From Chiloscyllium plagiosum (taxonomy: Eukaryota), in contig NC_057714.1 in assembly GCF_004010195.1 (NCBI RefSeq), positions 117,620,638-117,684,637 on the forward strand: a stretch of DNA of 64,000 nt, given 5' to 3'. The notes under the pieces were generated by a model. It made no database searches. It was not told the DNA's origin and worked only from the letters and a program-made list of their open reading frames with translations. Positions 11,311 to 23,431 of the stretch are shown here, piece by piece. A program made the translations under genes and the position numbers. Position 1 is the first letter of the stretch, and every line of letters begins with the position of its first letter.

Positions 11311-11720
11311 TCCACCTGCGCGCGCAGCCAGCTGCAGCTGAGCGGCCAGAGGCGGGAAGCTCGGATTCGAGAAGCTTCAGCCGGCCCCCGCTGTCCAGGG
11401 GAAGGCTGCAGCGGTTCCCCCGCGAGCGGGGGGCAAAGGGCAAAGGGCAAGGGGCGGGGCGCGGCGCGGCGCGGCGCTCTCCCGGGCTGGGTAAGGACGA
11501 TCATTTTCTCAACAACCCCCCCCCCCCAAAACAACCAAGGGTCCGCTCGGGGGCGCGCTGGGGACCGTCCAGGCTCCGCTCGGGGGACGCGCGGGGGGGC
11601 GCTGCTGCCGGGTTACCATGGCGACAGGGTGACCATGGAAGTGGGGAAAAAGGCGGGAGGAGGCCATTCGGCCCCTCGAGCTTGCTGCTCCGGTCATGGC
11701 TGGTCATCGGAGCCTCCCCA
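11311..11720. promoter_or_regulatory. CpG-island promoter of RECQL4
   Basis: Dense CpG. TGCGCGCGCA palindrome (NRF1-like) 11317-11326, GGCGGGAA (E2F-type) 11351-11358, GC box GGGGCGGGGC 11451-11460, RFX X-box-like GTTACCATGGCGAC 11612-11625. It is the only CpG island upstream of the first coding exon. Confidence 0.8.
11330..11490 (+). other. RECQL4: Probable non-coding first exon of RECQL4 (start approximate)
   Basis: Donor TGG|GTAAGG at 11490/11491 inside the CpG island. The ATG-containing exon has its own strong acceptor at 15684, so an upstream UTR exon is implied. Confidence 0.55.
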
Positions 11721-12076
11721 CCCCCTCCCACGAACTGTGTCCAACTCCTTTTATCCTCTACCGCCTTCTGTGACAGAGAGGCCATTGCACAGGCTCTGGG
11801 GTTACCCTCTGAATGTCTCCTCACCTCAGTCCTAAATGACTCCTCACCTCAGTCCTAAATGACTCTTCTCCATATCCTTACCCTGCAAGCCCAGAATCTG
11901 GGCTCCCCCACCATCAGGACCATCCTTCCTGCTTCACCCTGATAGAACTCAATAAATTCATCAGCCACAGCTTTGCCCATTCACTTCCCCCTCCCTACCA
12001 TGCTTCTAAGCTCCAGCGAATACAATTTTAAAATAATACAATCCTGACCAATCTCGTTGGTTCAGTTTATCTTTTT

Positions 12077-12400
12077 AGAATAGAATCCCTTCAGAGGCTA
12101 TTGAGTCCACATAACCCTCCCGATACTATCCCACCCAGACTCACCCTTCCCTATCCTATCCCTGCATTTCCTGTGGCTAACCCACCTAGCCTGCACATCC
12201 CTGGATACTATGAGCAATTTAGTGCAGCTCATCCACCTAACCTGAACACCTTTGGACTGTGGGAGGAACCTAGCACAAACCCACACAGACACGGGGAGAA
12301 TGTGCCAACTCCACACAGATGGTCACTCAAGGCTGGAGTTGAATCTGGGTACCTGGTGCTGTGAAGCAGCAGTGCTAACCACTGCGCCATTGTGCTGCCC
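12077..12400 (-). mobile_element. HE1-type V-SINE (older copy)
   Basis: gcagcagtgctaaccactgcgcc head and cacagacacggggagaatgtgc core. Confidence 0.75.
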
Positions 12401-12444
12401 AATTTTAAAATTTAATTTATTGTCACGTGGATTTATTCCAAATA

Positions 12445-13570
12445 AGACCATAAGACATAGGAGTGGAAGTAAGGCCATTCGGCCTATCGAGTCCACTCCG
12501 CCATTCAATCATGGCTGATGCGCATTTCAGCTCCACTTACCAGCGTTCTCCCCGTAGCCCTTAATTCCTCGAGACAACAAGAATCTATCAATCTCGGCCT
12601 TGAACTGGACTTCATTGAGTTGTAGAANNNNNNNNNNNNNNNNNNNNNNNNNNNNNNNNNNNNNNNNNNNNNNNNNNNNNNNNNNNNNNNNNNNNNNNNN
12701 NNNNNNNNNNNNNNNNNNNNNNNNNNNNNNNNNNNNNNNNNNNNNNNNNNNNNNNNNNNNNNNNNNNNNNNNNNNNNNNNNNNNNNNNNNNNNNNNNNNN
12801 NNNNNNNNNNNNNNNNNNNNNNNNNNNNNNNNNNNNNNNNNNNNNNNNNNNNNNNNNNNNNNNNNNNNNNNNNNNNNNNNNNNNNNNNNNNNNNNNNNNN
12901 NNNNNNNNNNNNNNNNNNNNNNNNNNNNNNNNNNNNNNNNNNNNNNNNNNNNNNNNNNNNNNNNNNNNNNNNNNNNNNNNNNNNNNNNNNNNNNNNNNNN
13001 NNNNNNNNNNNNNNNNNNNNNNNNNNNNNNNNNNNNNNNNNNNNNNNNNNNNNNNNNNNNNNNNNNNNNNNNNNNNNNNNNNNNNNNNNNNTTTGTATCA
13101 TCGGCAAACTTCGCTAGAATTCCCCCGGTTCCCTCATCCAAATCATTAATATATATTGCGAACAGCTGTGGCCCCAGCACCGAACCCTGCGGGACACCGT
13201 TCGTCACCGGCTGCCATTCTGAAAAAGGACCTTTTATCCCAACTCTCTGCCTTCTGTTAGACAGCGAATCCTCAATCCATCCCAGCAGCTCACCTCGAAC
13301 ACCATGGGCCCTCACCTTGCTCAGCAGCCTCCCGTGTGGCACCTTATCAAAGGCCTTTTGAAAGTCTAGATAGACCACATCCACTGGGTTTCCCTGGTCT
13401 AACCTACTTGTTACCTCTTCAAAAAATTCCAACAGGTTTGTTAGGCATGACCTCCCTTTACTAAATCCATGTTGACTTGTTCTAATCAGACTCTGCTCTT
13501 CCAAGAATTTAGAAACCTCATCCTTAATGATGGATTCTAGAATTTTACCAACAACCGAGGTTAAGCTGAT
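12445..13570 (-). mobile_element. Young CR1 LINE, RT domain to 3' end, containing an N gap
   Basis: Open frame with [49 protein letters not shown] and FADDT. Confidence 0.92.
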
Positions 13571-14171
13571 AGTGTTGTGTAGTGTCACCACTCTTCAGTC
13601 CATCTTCAAACACAATATTAGGCCTGAAAAATGAAACAATAACATTCATCTTATAGTCTTATCTTAAAGTTAGATAGTCTTTGGAAACCCTTTCACTTGT
13701 GGCTCAGTCATGGGCTTGGATTAGTGTCCTCTGCCCCGATATCTTGAATCCCTGTGGCCAAACCAATAACACTGCTTTGCCATGCTACGAGAACAAACAG
13801 GTGTCTCTCCAGTCCCATCTCACTTCCACCAATGCCTCCCAATTACTTCAAATTCCACATGAACACTTCTGTTTTTCTCCCCCAGTTGCCTGACTTGTAA
13901 ATTCTCATTTTATACATAACTTCTGTCCCTTTGTCAGTCTTCTTGCTTTATTTCTACCTGAAGTGAGTTGTTTCTTAATAGTATTTAAAACACCACTTTT
14001 AAAAGGAAGTGTTACCATTGAGAAATGTTGATCACAATGATGCTTGTTGGTTATGGTCCAGTTTTTTTTGTATGTTGCTGGCTGGACCAACATTTGTAGC
14101 CAATCTCTCATTGCTCTAAGGAAGGGGGTCAGGAGCTGCCATCCTGAATTGTTCAGGGGTGCTTTGGTTAG

Positions 14172-14630
14172 ATGGCTGATTTGTTGAAGTAGTCTCTCTC
14201 TCTCATGAGAAAGCAGCCTGTGGTATTATATATGCTTGGAATTTTTTGTTAACTGTTGTAGTCCTTCTGGTGTAGGTACAGCCACAATGCTACCTGGAAG
14301 GGGTTTCCATGATTTTGACCCAGTGACACTGATTACCAAGTCAGGATGGTGAGGTTTGTAGCTACAAATTTACACCTCACTTTCACATCGGTCTGGTTCT
14401 GTTCCTGACATGATCTCTCATGGAAACACGCTTGGTCCCCCTAGCTTGATAAAAGTGGCTGATTTCCTGATGCAGTGTCTCTCTCATGAAAAGCAGCCTT
14501 TGGTATTATATATATACTTTGATTTTTTTTCTTTAACTGCTGCAATGCTTTAGCTGTAGGTACAGCCAGAGTTCTATCTAGAAGGGGTTTCCACAATTTA
14601 ACCCAGTGACACTGATTACCAAGTCAGGAT
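14172..14630 (+). repeat. Old local duplication of about 175 bp (14172-14348 and 14456-14630)
   Basis: Both copies run from tggctgattt...tctctctcatga...aagcagcct to acccagtgacactgattaccaagtcaggat. Confidence 0.75.
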
Positions 14631-15267
14631 ATGCTGAATTATGAGGTTAAATTGTGGTTGAAAATATTGCCACTGCACGTCATTAACTACAGCACCTCAT
14701 TATGAGTTACTGGCCATGAGTGGGATCATGAGGGGTGGACTTGTATGAAGTTCTGACCAAGTGTTACCAGTCTTGATTTTGACTGACATTTTTGGAACAA
14801 AGTTGTAAATAATGTTCATTGCAAAAAGCTGCATAGTTCCAATAACCATCCTCTGTGTTCTTGGAGCCCTGTTCTCCCAGCACTCCAATTTCATCTGTGA
14901 TGAAAAGTAAAATCATAACCTCCTTTGGAAGGAATCTGATGGGAACAGTATTTCTGTTGGGAAGGGAAATACCATGATTGAAGATTGTGTGGGATCGGGA
15001 TTGGTTCCGGCTGACTAGCACTCGACCTTTTGGAGCCAGTGAATGGAAAAGGGATTAAGGATACAGCTCAGGATAGGGGTTGAATGGATTGAACTGATGT
15101 ATGAAATATTTGGAGTGGATTGAGCGCGAGTCATAGTTTTCATTGAATGAGAGCATGATGGCAGGAGTTCTGATCCTTTTATCTCAATCCTTCATCCTCC
15201 ACCCTACTTTTAAGATCACTGACGTTAAGTGTAGAGCTGATCGAATCACCCTCTAAATCAACGCAGC

Positions 15268-15509
15268 CTTGAAGTGTATAAAGTTAAAAATCACACAACA
15301 CAAGGTTATAGTCCAACAGGTTTAATTGGAAGAACTAGCTTTCAGAGCACTGCTCCTTCATCATGTGGTTGTCACAATCACCTGATGAAGGAGCAGCGCT
15401 CCGAAAGCTAGTGCTTCCAATTAAACCTGTTGGACTATAACCTGATGTTGTGTGATTTTTAACTTTGTACACCCCAGTCCAACATCAGCATCTCCATATC
15501 TTGAAGTGT
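15268..15509. mobile_element. Palindromic Penelope-like insertion with intact hammerhead on + strand, 10-bp TSD
   Basis: CTTGAAGTGT at 15268-15277 and 15500-15509. CAC-CTGATGA-A-GGAGC-agc-GCTCC-GAAA-GCTA-GTG at 15379-15413. Confidence 0.85.
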
Positions 15510-15731
15510 TTAAGATTTGGCATCAAGTAGGGGAGTACATATACCCAGTCAGATGTGTCTTGACTATAGGACTGAAAGTTGTTGAAGGCTACTTTTCTTC
15601 ATCTTTTGATAAACACACAATTCTAACTTTCAAAAAAATGTGTGCAATCAAATGTTTTATTTTGTCTTGTTTTCTTCCTTGTAGAGACAAATGAAAGATT
15701 GAGAGAAACCACTGTGGACTATTGTTGGGAA

Positions 15732-15815
15732 ATGGATCGATACACTGAGTTAAAACTTGCGTTGAAAAAGTGGGAGACTTTGTTCTTTGAGAGAAACAGA
15801 CGGAAACCAACTAAG
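15732..15815 (+). CDS. RECQL4: RECQL4 coding exon 1 (exon starts at 15685), Sld2-like N-terminus
   Basis: MDRYTELKLALKKWETLFFERNRRKPTK resembles human [28 protein letters not shown]. Acceptor ttccttgtag, donor AAG|GTAGT, phase 0. Confidence 0.9.
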
Positions 15816-17171
15816 GTAGTCACTGAGTATAGAAAACCAATCACAAACACTTTATGATTGAAGTAATGGCTGTGAATGTCACTAGCTTCACAGTTTCCAA
15901 TAAGAGTTAGTTCCGGACAGGTTGCCAGCAGAAGTCATTTGAAACAGGAACAGAATAGCAGGAAAAACTAGGTAGGTCCCGCAGAAAAAGCAGTGTCAGT
16001 GTTTCTGGTCCAGTGATCCTTCTTCAGAACTTCCAAAAAATAGTCTAAGATCCCCTTACCTGTTGGAGTATTAAAATGAATTTGCGCTACCTTTCACAGC
16101 CTTGTGACATCCAGCAGTGTTTCAATCAGTGAATACAATTTTAAAATATTCACTGATCTGCATACTTGAAAAGGGCCTGTACAGTGTGTGAAAAGAATGA
16201 CCTTTTTAAACTGTGGGTTTTTTCACATAGTTATTCTGCAGCTATCTTCAAGAGAATTTATACATTTTCGAAAGGTGTAAATGGCTGACCACCTAATGAT
16301 GATGGACACATAAAGAAAATGTTACGTCCTCTAAATCTGCAATAGCTTGTATTAAATTGGAGAAATACCTTGCATTCATGTTTTATTCACTCATAGTCTC
16401 CGGTCTTTGGGTGTGAACCAAATTAGACTCACTAGTACCCTCGTTACCCTTGAGTTTTATTGTCTGAAAAACTATCAATAATCTTATCCTCACAATCCTT
16501 GTTTCTTCAATCTCTAAATAACTAGTTGAATTGGTATAATTGCACTCATGAAAAAAAAGAGTTCAATAAATTCTGCCATGCTGCTCCTCTATCTGAAATT
16601 TTGTTTTTGTTTTAGTCATAAATTCTTCGGCAATCCGAGTGTTACTATTTTGATGACTCTTACATTTATTGAATTTTAGACAAGAAATAGTTTTGGACCA
16701 AATCGATTTCCCTTCACCTTATTACTTCAAATAGCAGTATGCTCATGTCCTCCTTGTTCTAAGCTAATCTTGTGGTGGATGGTCTGTCATGATTGTATTA
16801 AATGATAGAACAGGCTTAACAGGCTGAGTGGCCTATTCCTGTTCCTATGTTCTGGCCTGGTACACCATTTAATTTGGTCTTCTGTTTCTTTTTCCCCCTG
16901 TAGGATTTGGCACATACCTGTGTTGCTAGTCATGCAAATCAATTTGGTCTCATCTGGAAATTTACAGACAATTCATGACGTTTTAAAACTATGACTTTAT
17001 GGAGGGAATGCAATATGTGGTGCAGATCAGGCTAATCTGGTATATGTGTGGCTGCTGCAAGTAGCCATTTGTAATAAGTATGATTTCAAATTGTGATCTT
17101 TTAATTTTGTGTAATAAAGCTGCTCTGTCTGTCCAAGAAAACTTACTGTTCCTCAACGTTTTCCTCTGTAG

Positions 17172-17205
17172 GTTGATGTGGCTTGTGCTTCAGAAGAGAC
17201 TCAAA
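17172..17205 (+). CDS. RECQL4: RECQL4 coding exon 2 (34 nt)
   Basis: VDVACASEETQ resembles human DDVEAAPEETR. ctgtag acceptor, A|GTAAGT donor, phase 0 to 1. Confidence 0.88.
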
Positions 17206-19088
17206 GTAAGTAATGTATGAAAGGAATATGTCTTGTTACCTTAATCCAGAGAATTTATTGGTAGTGGATGGAAGGGAAAGAATGCATTGGACCGACCTTT
17301 ACTTGCATAATCTGGTTGCAGGGAAAATATCCATGTAACATGTATCACACAGTAAACAAAGTTTCTCCTCTGCAGCTTTTTCTGATTTCTTGTTGTTCTC
17401 AAGCCTTTCTGAGCTGTAGGTTTTTATTGTCAATGGATTGTGTTGGCACAGATAAATTAGCTTGTATGTTTTGCTTGATAGAAATAAAAGCCTAAGGTTG
17501 CTTTACTAAGCCGTAAAGAAGGAAGGGAAGTGGTTTGGGAAAATTTGAGAAGGAAATGTTACAGAGGGGAGGGCATTCGGAAGGCAAGGGATTCCAGAAA
17601 AAAAGTAAAAGCCTTAGTGGAACAGCGATGCTGAGGAAAGAATTACAGTTTGGTGGAGGGGCAGTTGGAGCAAATATGACAACACTCTTGCCATTCTGTA
17701 GCTGGAGAAGTGACAGAGGCCAGGAGTGTGAGGGAGCTGAGGAAGAATGCTTCAGTTTTGATATATTAAACTAAAGGAAGTTTTTACTCTGATTATGCTT
17801 GATCTTCCCCTGCCTAACCCTAACTTTATCCAACCAAGTAACTTGACTAAGTGAATAGGTCCTCTACTTAGGCCAGTACTAAAGACAGTCAAGACGGAAT
17901 GCAAGGCAGCAGCTTGATAACAGTTGTAACTTATTAATGTTTTTCTCTTATTTTTTCCTTTATCTGCTTGGCTTGGAAACATGGGGGTTTCACTCGTCAA
18001 AATGTAGAAGAATTTGCACATCTCTGTGATATCACAATACTGTCACCAAATATTTCCAACCTTTGTCTTTTATAGAAAGTGCTAACTCTTCCTTGGGTTG
18101 GGATGGTTGCAATAATGCTGGCTGCTGGAAACCACTCAGGACCATTATTTGATTGTGAGGTTACGCATTGAATGTTCCCGAAAGGCATATCAATGGAGTT
18201 CACCATATCGACCTTGGTTTTTATTTGATGTCCATAAGTATACACTTTTAGCAAAGATTACTGAATGAGGGGCATGAGGAGGAAGAGTTGTGCCTTTTTA
18301 TAGTTCCCTCTTTGTTTTGTCCAGGGAAGTATGAAGTCAACCTTGTATCCTGTTGTGTGGGGATAAAAAGATCCTTGCCCCCTGAAGATCAAAAAACTGA
18401 TCCTGTGATTTCTCGGGCTGTGTGACTCTCACATAATTCGTTAATTGACCAACTGAACCATCTTTACACAAATGCTAACAAATAACGTGGGTGACTGCCA
18501 TTCCTTGGTTGATTAATGCCTTGATTAATGAGCGTCAACTATGCTCAAATGTAAACAAAGCTTGTCAGTTTACTGTCAGTCATTGCCTCACTGGTGGATT
18601 TTCCATGGCAATATCTCCTACCAATCAGAGTCCATTTGTTAATCAATCAGCACTCTTTTTATAATGGTATTCTTGCAACTCTCCCAAGGATTGCAAGATG
18701 AAAAGACTTAATGTCTCCCTTTTTTCCCCCCCAGTAATATTAACACACAATTTCTGAAATAACCCAAAATATTGTCTGAATTTTCTGGCATGGCTGGAGG
18801 GTGACTGTTTTTTTAAGTAATTCTAGTGTATATAAAGAGGATCTGAACTTCAAGACCGGAAATTCCCAACCCCACTATGGGTCAGCTGGAATTGTATATG
18901 GTAAAATAACGTATCTGAAAGACGAGAATGCAACCCGTTCCATCTTGCATGGATGGTGCCCGACTAATGTGGATCGAACTTGTTTATATTGTGTTGTCTT
19001 GGAACTGAGTTCACTGATATTAATGTATTGGATTAAACCATTTACATCCCAGGGCACACTAATAATCCATGTTTTTTTGAATTCACAG

Positions 19089-19207
19089 AATTGTATAGAG
19101 AATATAGAACTATCAAGCAAAATAGGGAGGGACATACTACAGAGAACAATCAACGTCCACCGGTGAGTGGGAGTAAGCCCTTGATGAAAACTAGCCAAAA
19201 TGAGGAG
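19089..19207 (+). CDS. RECQL4: RECQL4 coding exon 3
   Basis: LYREYRTIK resembles human LYREYRTLK. cag acceptor, GAG|GTAAGT donor, phase 1 to 0. Confidence 0.92.
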
Positions 19208-19559
19208 GTAAGTCTAGATTTCTGCATTATGTCCATTTTCTTTGCTTCTTTTCCCATAATATGTCCCTGCGTAGAATATTCCTCATGGAATTTTGTGCAG
19301 CAAAAATCAAAAATTCTGTCTGCCTCCAGGTAACCAGTCATTTACAGAATATTGTGGCTTAAGTAGCAGGACAGGCTGTGATCTCTGACAGAGAGACTAC
19401 TTAGTGAAGCGATTGATTCTGCTTTTCAGCCAATAAAGATAGATGTTTGCCTTTCCAAACTTTTAGCTGTCTCTGATTTGTAGCTTTTATGTTCCTTTTT
19501 TAATAATTGGATTTGAACTGTCAATGTCTCTTTTCCACCAACATGTAGAACAAGGGATA

Positions 19560-22060
19560 CCTCCGGTTATGTTAAAGGTTGATGGGGTAAGCTGTTAATG
19601 ATGGAGTGCCACAGGCATCTGTGCTGGGGCCTCAACTATTCACAATCCATATTAACAACTTGGATGAAGGAGCCGACGTTATTGTAGCCAAACTTATTGA
19701 CAGTATGGTAAATAGAAAAAGCAATTTGTGAAGAGGCTAAAATGGGCTTATACAGAGGTTAGGTGAGTGGGAAATATTGACTGATGAAATATAATGCAGT
19801 CAAACACAGATCTCCATTTTGGCAGCAAAAGCAGAAACGCAAGATCTTGTTTCAATGAAGAGAGATGACAGCACTGTGGTACAGAGCGACCGGTATCCTT
19901 GCACATAGATCACAAAAATAAACATATAACTCAGAAGGCAAGCAGAATCTTTAACTTTATTTCAAGGCAATAGAGTATAAAAGTAGACGTACAAAGAGAT
20001 TTGGGTGTCCTTGCACACCAGTTGATGAAAGACAGGCAGGTGCAGCAAGCAACGAAGATGGCACATGATAGAGGGGCCTTCATTGCAAGGCACTTTTGAG
20101 TTTAGAAGTAAGAATGTCTTACTGCAGTCATTACTACAACCTTAGACGACATTGGTGAGATCATGTGGTATTCTGGTTTCCTTAAGAACAGACATACTTC
20201 CGTTGGAAGTAGTTTAGAAAATGTTCACAAGGCCATGATGAAGGTGCTGCCCTTTGAGGAAAGGTTGAACAGGTTGGGCTAGTACTCAGCGAAGGTTAGA
20301 AGAATGAGAGGTGATCTTATTGAAACATGTAAGATCCTAAAGAAGCTTGACTCCAAGGATGTTTCTTCTGGAGGGAGTTGGGAGCAGCAAATTGGCATGG
20401 ATTAGAATTGATTGACTGAGGGGAAGCATTTTTCCAGGTGGCAGGCAGTGACCAGTGGGTTAAGATCATAAGATGTAGGAGCAGAAACAGACCATTGAGC
20501 CCATGGTGTCTTCTCCACCTTTTCAATGAATCACAGCTGATTTGATAATCCTCAACTCCACCTTCTTGTTTTTGTCTCCATAACTCTTGATTCCCTTAAT
20601 GATTAAAAGTCTAGTTATCTCAGCCTTAAAGATACGTAATGAGTCCGCCTCTATAGCCTCTATGTTAAACAATTCCACAGATTTGCCAGCTTTTGCAAGA
20701 AGAAATTCCTCCTCACATTTAAATGTGCAACCCATTATCCATTTAGCCCTCTGGTCGTAGACATTTAAAGACTGGGTGGAGCAAAGGAGGTTTCATGGTA
20801 ACTTTGACATGGTAACTTCAAGAACGGCTTCTTCTCCCCTGATCAGACTGCTGAACAGACCTCTCGTATATCAGAATTGATCTTTGTAACTTCTCTGTAA
20901 CTGTAACACTACATTCTGTGTTACGTTCTGTCTGGATAGCACGTAAGGCCTGTTTCCACACTGTAGGTAATCTAGTCTAATCTAAACAATACTTGTTGCT
21001 GCATTTCGCACATCGGACAATAATAAATCAAATCCAACAAGTCTGAGTGAGTGAGGAGACACATGGCAGATGCAGTACAATGTGGCTAAAATTGAGTAAA
21101 TACTTTGTTGTGAATTACAGACAGGAAGAGTATTATTTAATGAAGTATTGGGAAATGTAGATGTACAAAGAGGTTTGGGTGTCCTTGTACACCAGTTAAT
21201 GAAAGACAGGCAGGTGCAGCAAACAATGAAGATGGCACATGATAGAGGGGCCTTCATTGCAAGACACTTTGAGTTTAGAAATAAGATTGTCTTGCTGCAG
21301 TCATACAGGGCTGAAAATGTGTTGCTGGAAAAGCGCAGGGCTTATGCCCGAAACGTCGATTCTCCTGTTCCCTGGATGCTGCCTGACCTGCTGCGCTTTT
21401 CCAGCAACACATTTTCAGCTCTGATCTCCAGCATCTGCAGACCTCACTTTCTCCTGCAGTCATACAGGGTCTTGTTGGGACCACACCGGAAGTAATGTGT
21501 ATGATGTTGGTCTTCCTTCCTAAGAGAGAATATTCTTGGCACAGAGAGATTAACTGGACTAATAACAGAGATGGCAAGATGATCTTTTTGAATATAGATG
21601 GTTCGATTTGGCCTGTATTCGCTACAGTTAAGAGAGATGAGATAAAAGGTGAAACAATTCTAACAAGGAGGAAGCTAGATGCAGGGAGTATGATTTTCCT
21701 GGTTGAAAACTCAAGAACTGGGGGACACAGACTCAGGATAGTGTTGACTGATGAAATATAATGCAGCCAAACACAGATCTCTATTTTGGCAGCAAAAACA
21801 GAAAAGCGGGATATTTCAGGGTAGGGCATTTCCGACTGAGATGAGGAAAACAATTCTTCATTCAAAAGATAGTGTATCTGTGGAATACTTTACCACAGAA
21901 ATCACTGAATATTGTCAAGAACGAGATAAATTTTTTAGATATGGCATCGAGAGGTAGAGGGAGAAAATGGAAATGTGGCTTTGAGATTTAGGTTCAACTG
22001 TTGTCATATTGAGTGGTGGAACAAACTCAAATGACTGGCTGCTTCCTCCTAGTTCTATGT
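19560..22060 (+). mobile_element. Cluster of old CR1 fragments (+ 19560-20400, - 20500-20760, + 21040-22060)
   Basis: Degenerate RT and C-terminal motifs (ggagtgccacaggcatctgtgctggggcctcaactattcaca; gatttgggtgtccttg) and CR1 3' UTRs. Confidence 0.65.
21295..21469. mobile_element. Penelope-like insertion with short inverted arm, 16-bp TSD
   Basis: CTGCAGTCATACAGGG at 21295-21310 and 21454-21469. Contains GGGCTTATGCCCGAAACGTCGATTC. Confidence 0.85.
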
Positions 22061-22705
22061 AACGAGGAACACAGTTAAAAATTAAGATAGAGATGGTATT
22101 TCCTCTGCGGATCTTTATGATTCTCTTTCTCCAGACAGCGATGGAGGTTGGGTCTTTGTCTTTATCTTTGTGTCACTAGACTTGTATATGTTCAGACCTT
22201 TGACAAGGAAGTCTCTGGCTATGTGGGACAGACAGGAAAATGAAGTTATGGGCACACTCAAACTAACCATGATGCAGCCATTACTATTGAATGATGGAGC
22301 AGACTCCATGGACTGATTGACTCAGTCCTGCTGTTTATGCAGGGTTTTTTGAATTTCACTGCTATTATGTAGACACATGACTCCAAATGCATTGATGGGG
22401 GTAGATAATTATTTGCTCTAGTAGGGAAAGCCAAACAATGTGGAAAACATTTAATATTTGAGCCATTCAGAATTTGTTTTACACAAGGGGCATGGTGTTC
22501 TAACCAGCAAGAATAAGTCACTGTCATTTGGTCCATCCGTTGTTTGGTAACTGGCATGAATCACGTCATTTTGTAACTGGATAACTGGTTGAGCCTTCCA
22601 ACATCATGTAAGCAACTATTGGTCATCTTTTGAGATGGCTGTAACTGAGGAGGGAATCTAGTTTGTTTTTAAAAAAAAATAAATTTAGCTGATTTATCTC
22701 TCCAG

Positions 22706-22852
22706 GCTTCTAAGTGTGATATTTGGGGATTACATCTTAATCGTCAGAACAGAAAGTTTCAGGAGCTCACACCGAAGGAGCACGGTGCTCTAAAAGCATC
22801 GGCACAGTATTATGGAATGAAATTAAAGGAGAAACTTGGAACATCAGGAAAG
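22706..22852 (+). CDS. RECQL4: RECQL4 coding exon 4
   Basis: ASKCDIWGLHLNR...SAQYYGMKLKEKLG resembles human CWGPHLNR...YGQRLKANL. Canonical splice sites, phase 0 to 0. Confidence 0.92.
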
Positions 22853-23431
22853 GTAAGTGTTACTTCCTTTGCTGCTTCCCACCCTCTGTATCACACGTAT
22901 GAAACCGTCTACCCTGACTAAGGAGGGTACAGTTGCAGTTACTTCAGTTGTGCTGTATCTATCTCTGTGGAACGTGTTGGTGTTGGATTATCCTGGTAAC
23001 ACGGCTGATATCAGACCCTTGGTAAACAGTCACAGGAACTTTGAAAAGCTCTCTTTCGAGAGGGAGTCAGGAGAGTGGAATGTGTTTTTTTTCTGTCACA
23101 AACTTGACACAGTCCACAAATTATTTGAAACCGGAGAACTTTAGGGGGTACTGGGAAGAAGGAAGTGAGTGAGTTTAGAGTTGGGTACTTTATCTGGAAG
23201 AATAAAACATAAAGTTGATGGGTCATTTGGCTTGTTTCCGTCATTCTCTTGATGAATTCAGAGAAAGTACAACAAAGCTGAGTACTGGAGCTGCAAAATC
23301 AGCGAGTTTAGTTACAAGAGACTACATAGTTTTAGCCGCTTGGTTTTAAATGTTTTGAACTTTAGTACAGCTGTACAAGTAAAAGACCAGAGCAAAAACA
23401 GTGAATGTCTTTTTTTTTAAATATCTGAAAG

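Noticed and set aside
11235-11858. 207-aa and other ORFs over the CpG island
   Set aside because: They reflect a stop-poor GC-rich promoter, and the ends run into the array and a CR1 tail.
11816-11865. 23-bp direct repeat CTCCTCACCTCAGTCCTAAATGA x2 (and an 18-bp one near 60231-60270)
   Set aside because: Ordinary slippage duplications inside decayed CR1 sequence.
12505-13361. Long ORFs containing X runs (also 3631-4142 and 38919-39665)
   Set aside because: Their length comes from N gaps. The real parts are CR1 or Penelope sequence.
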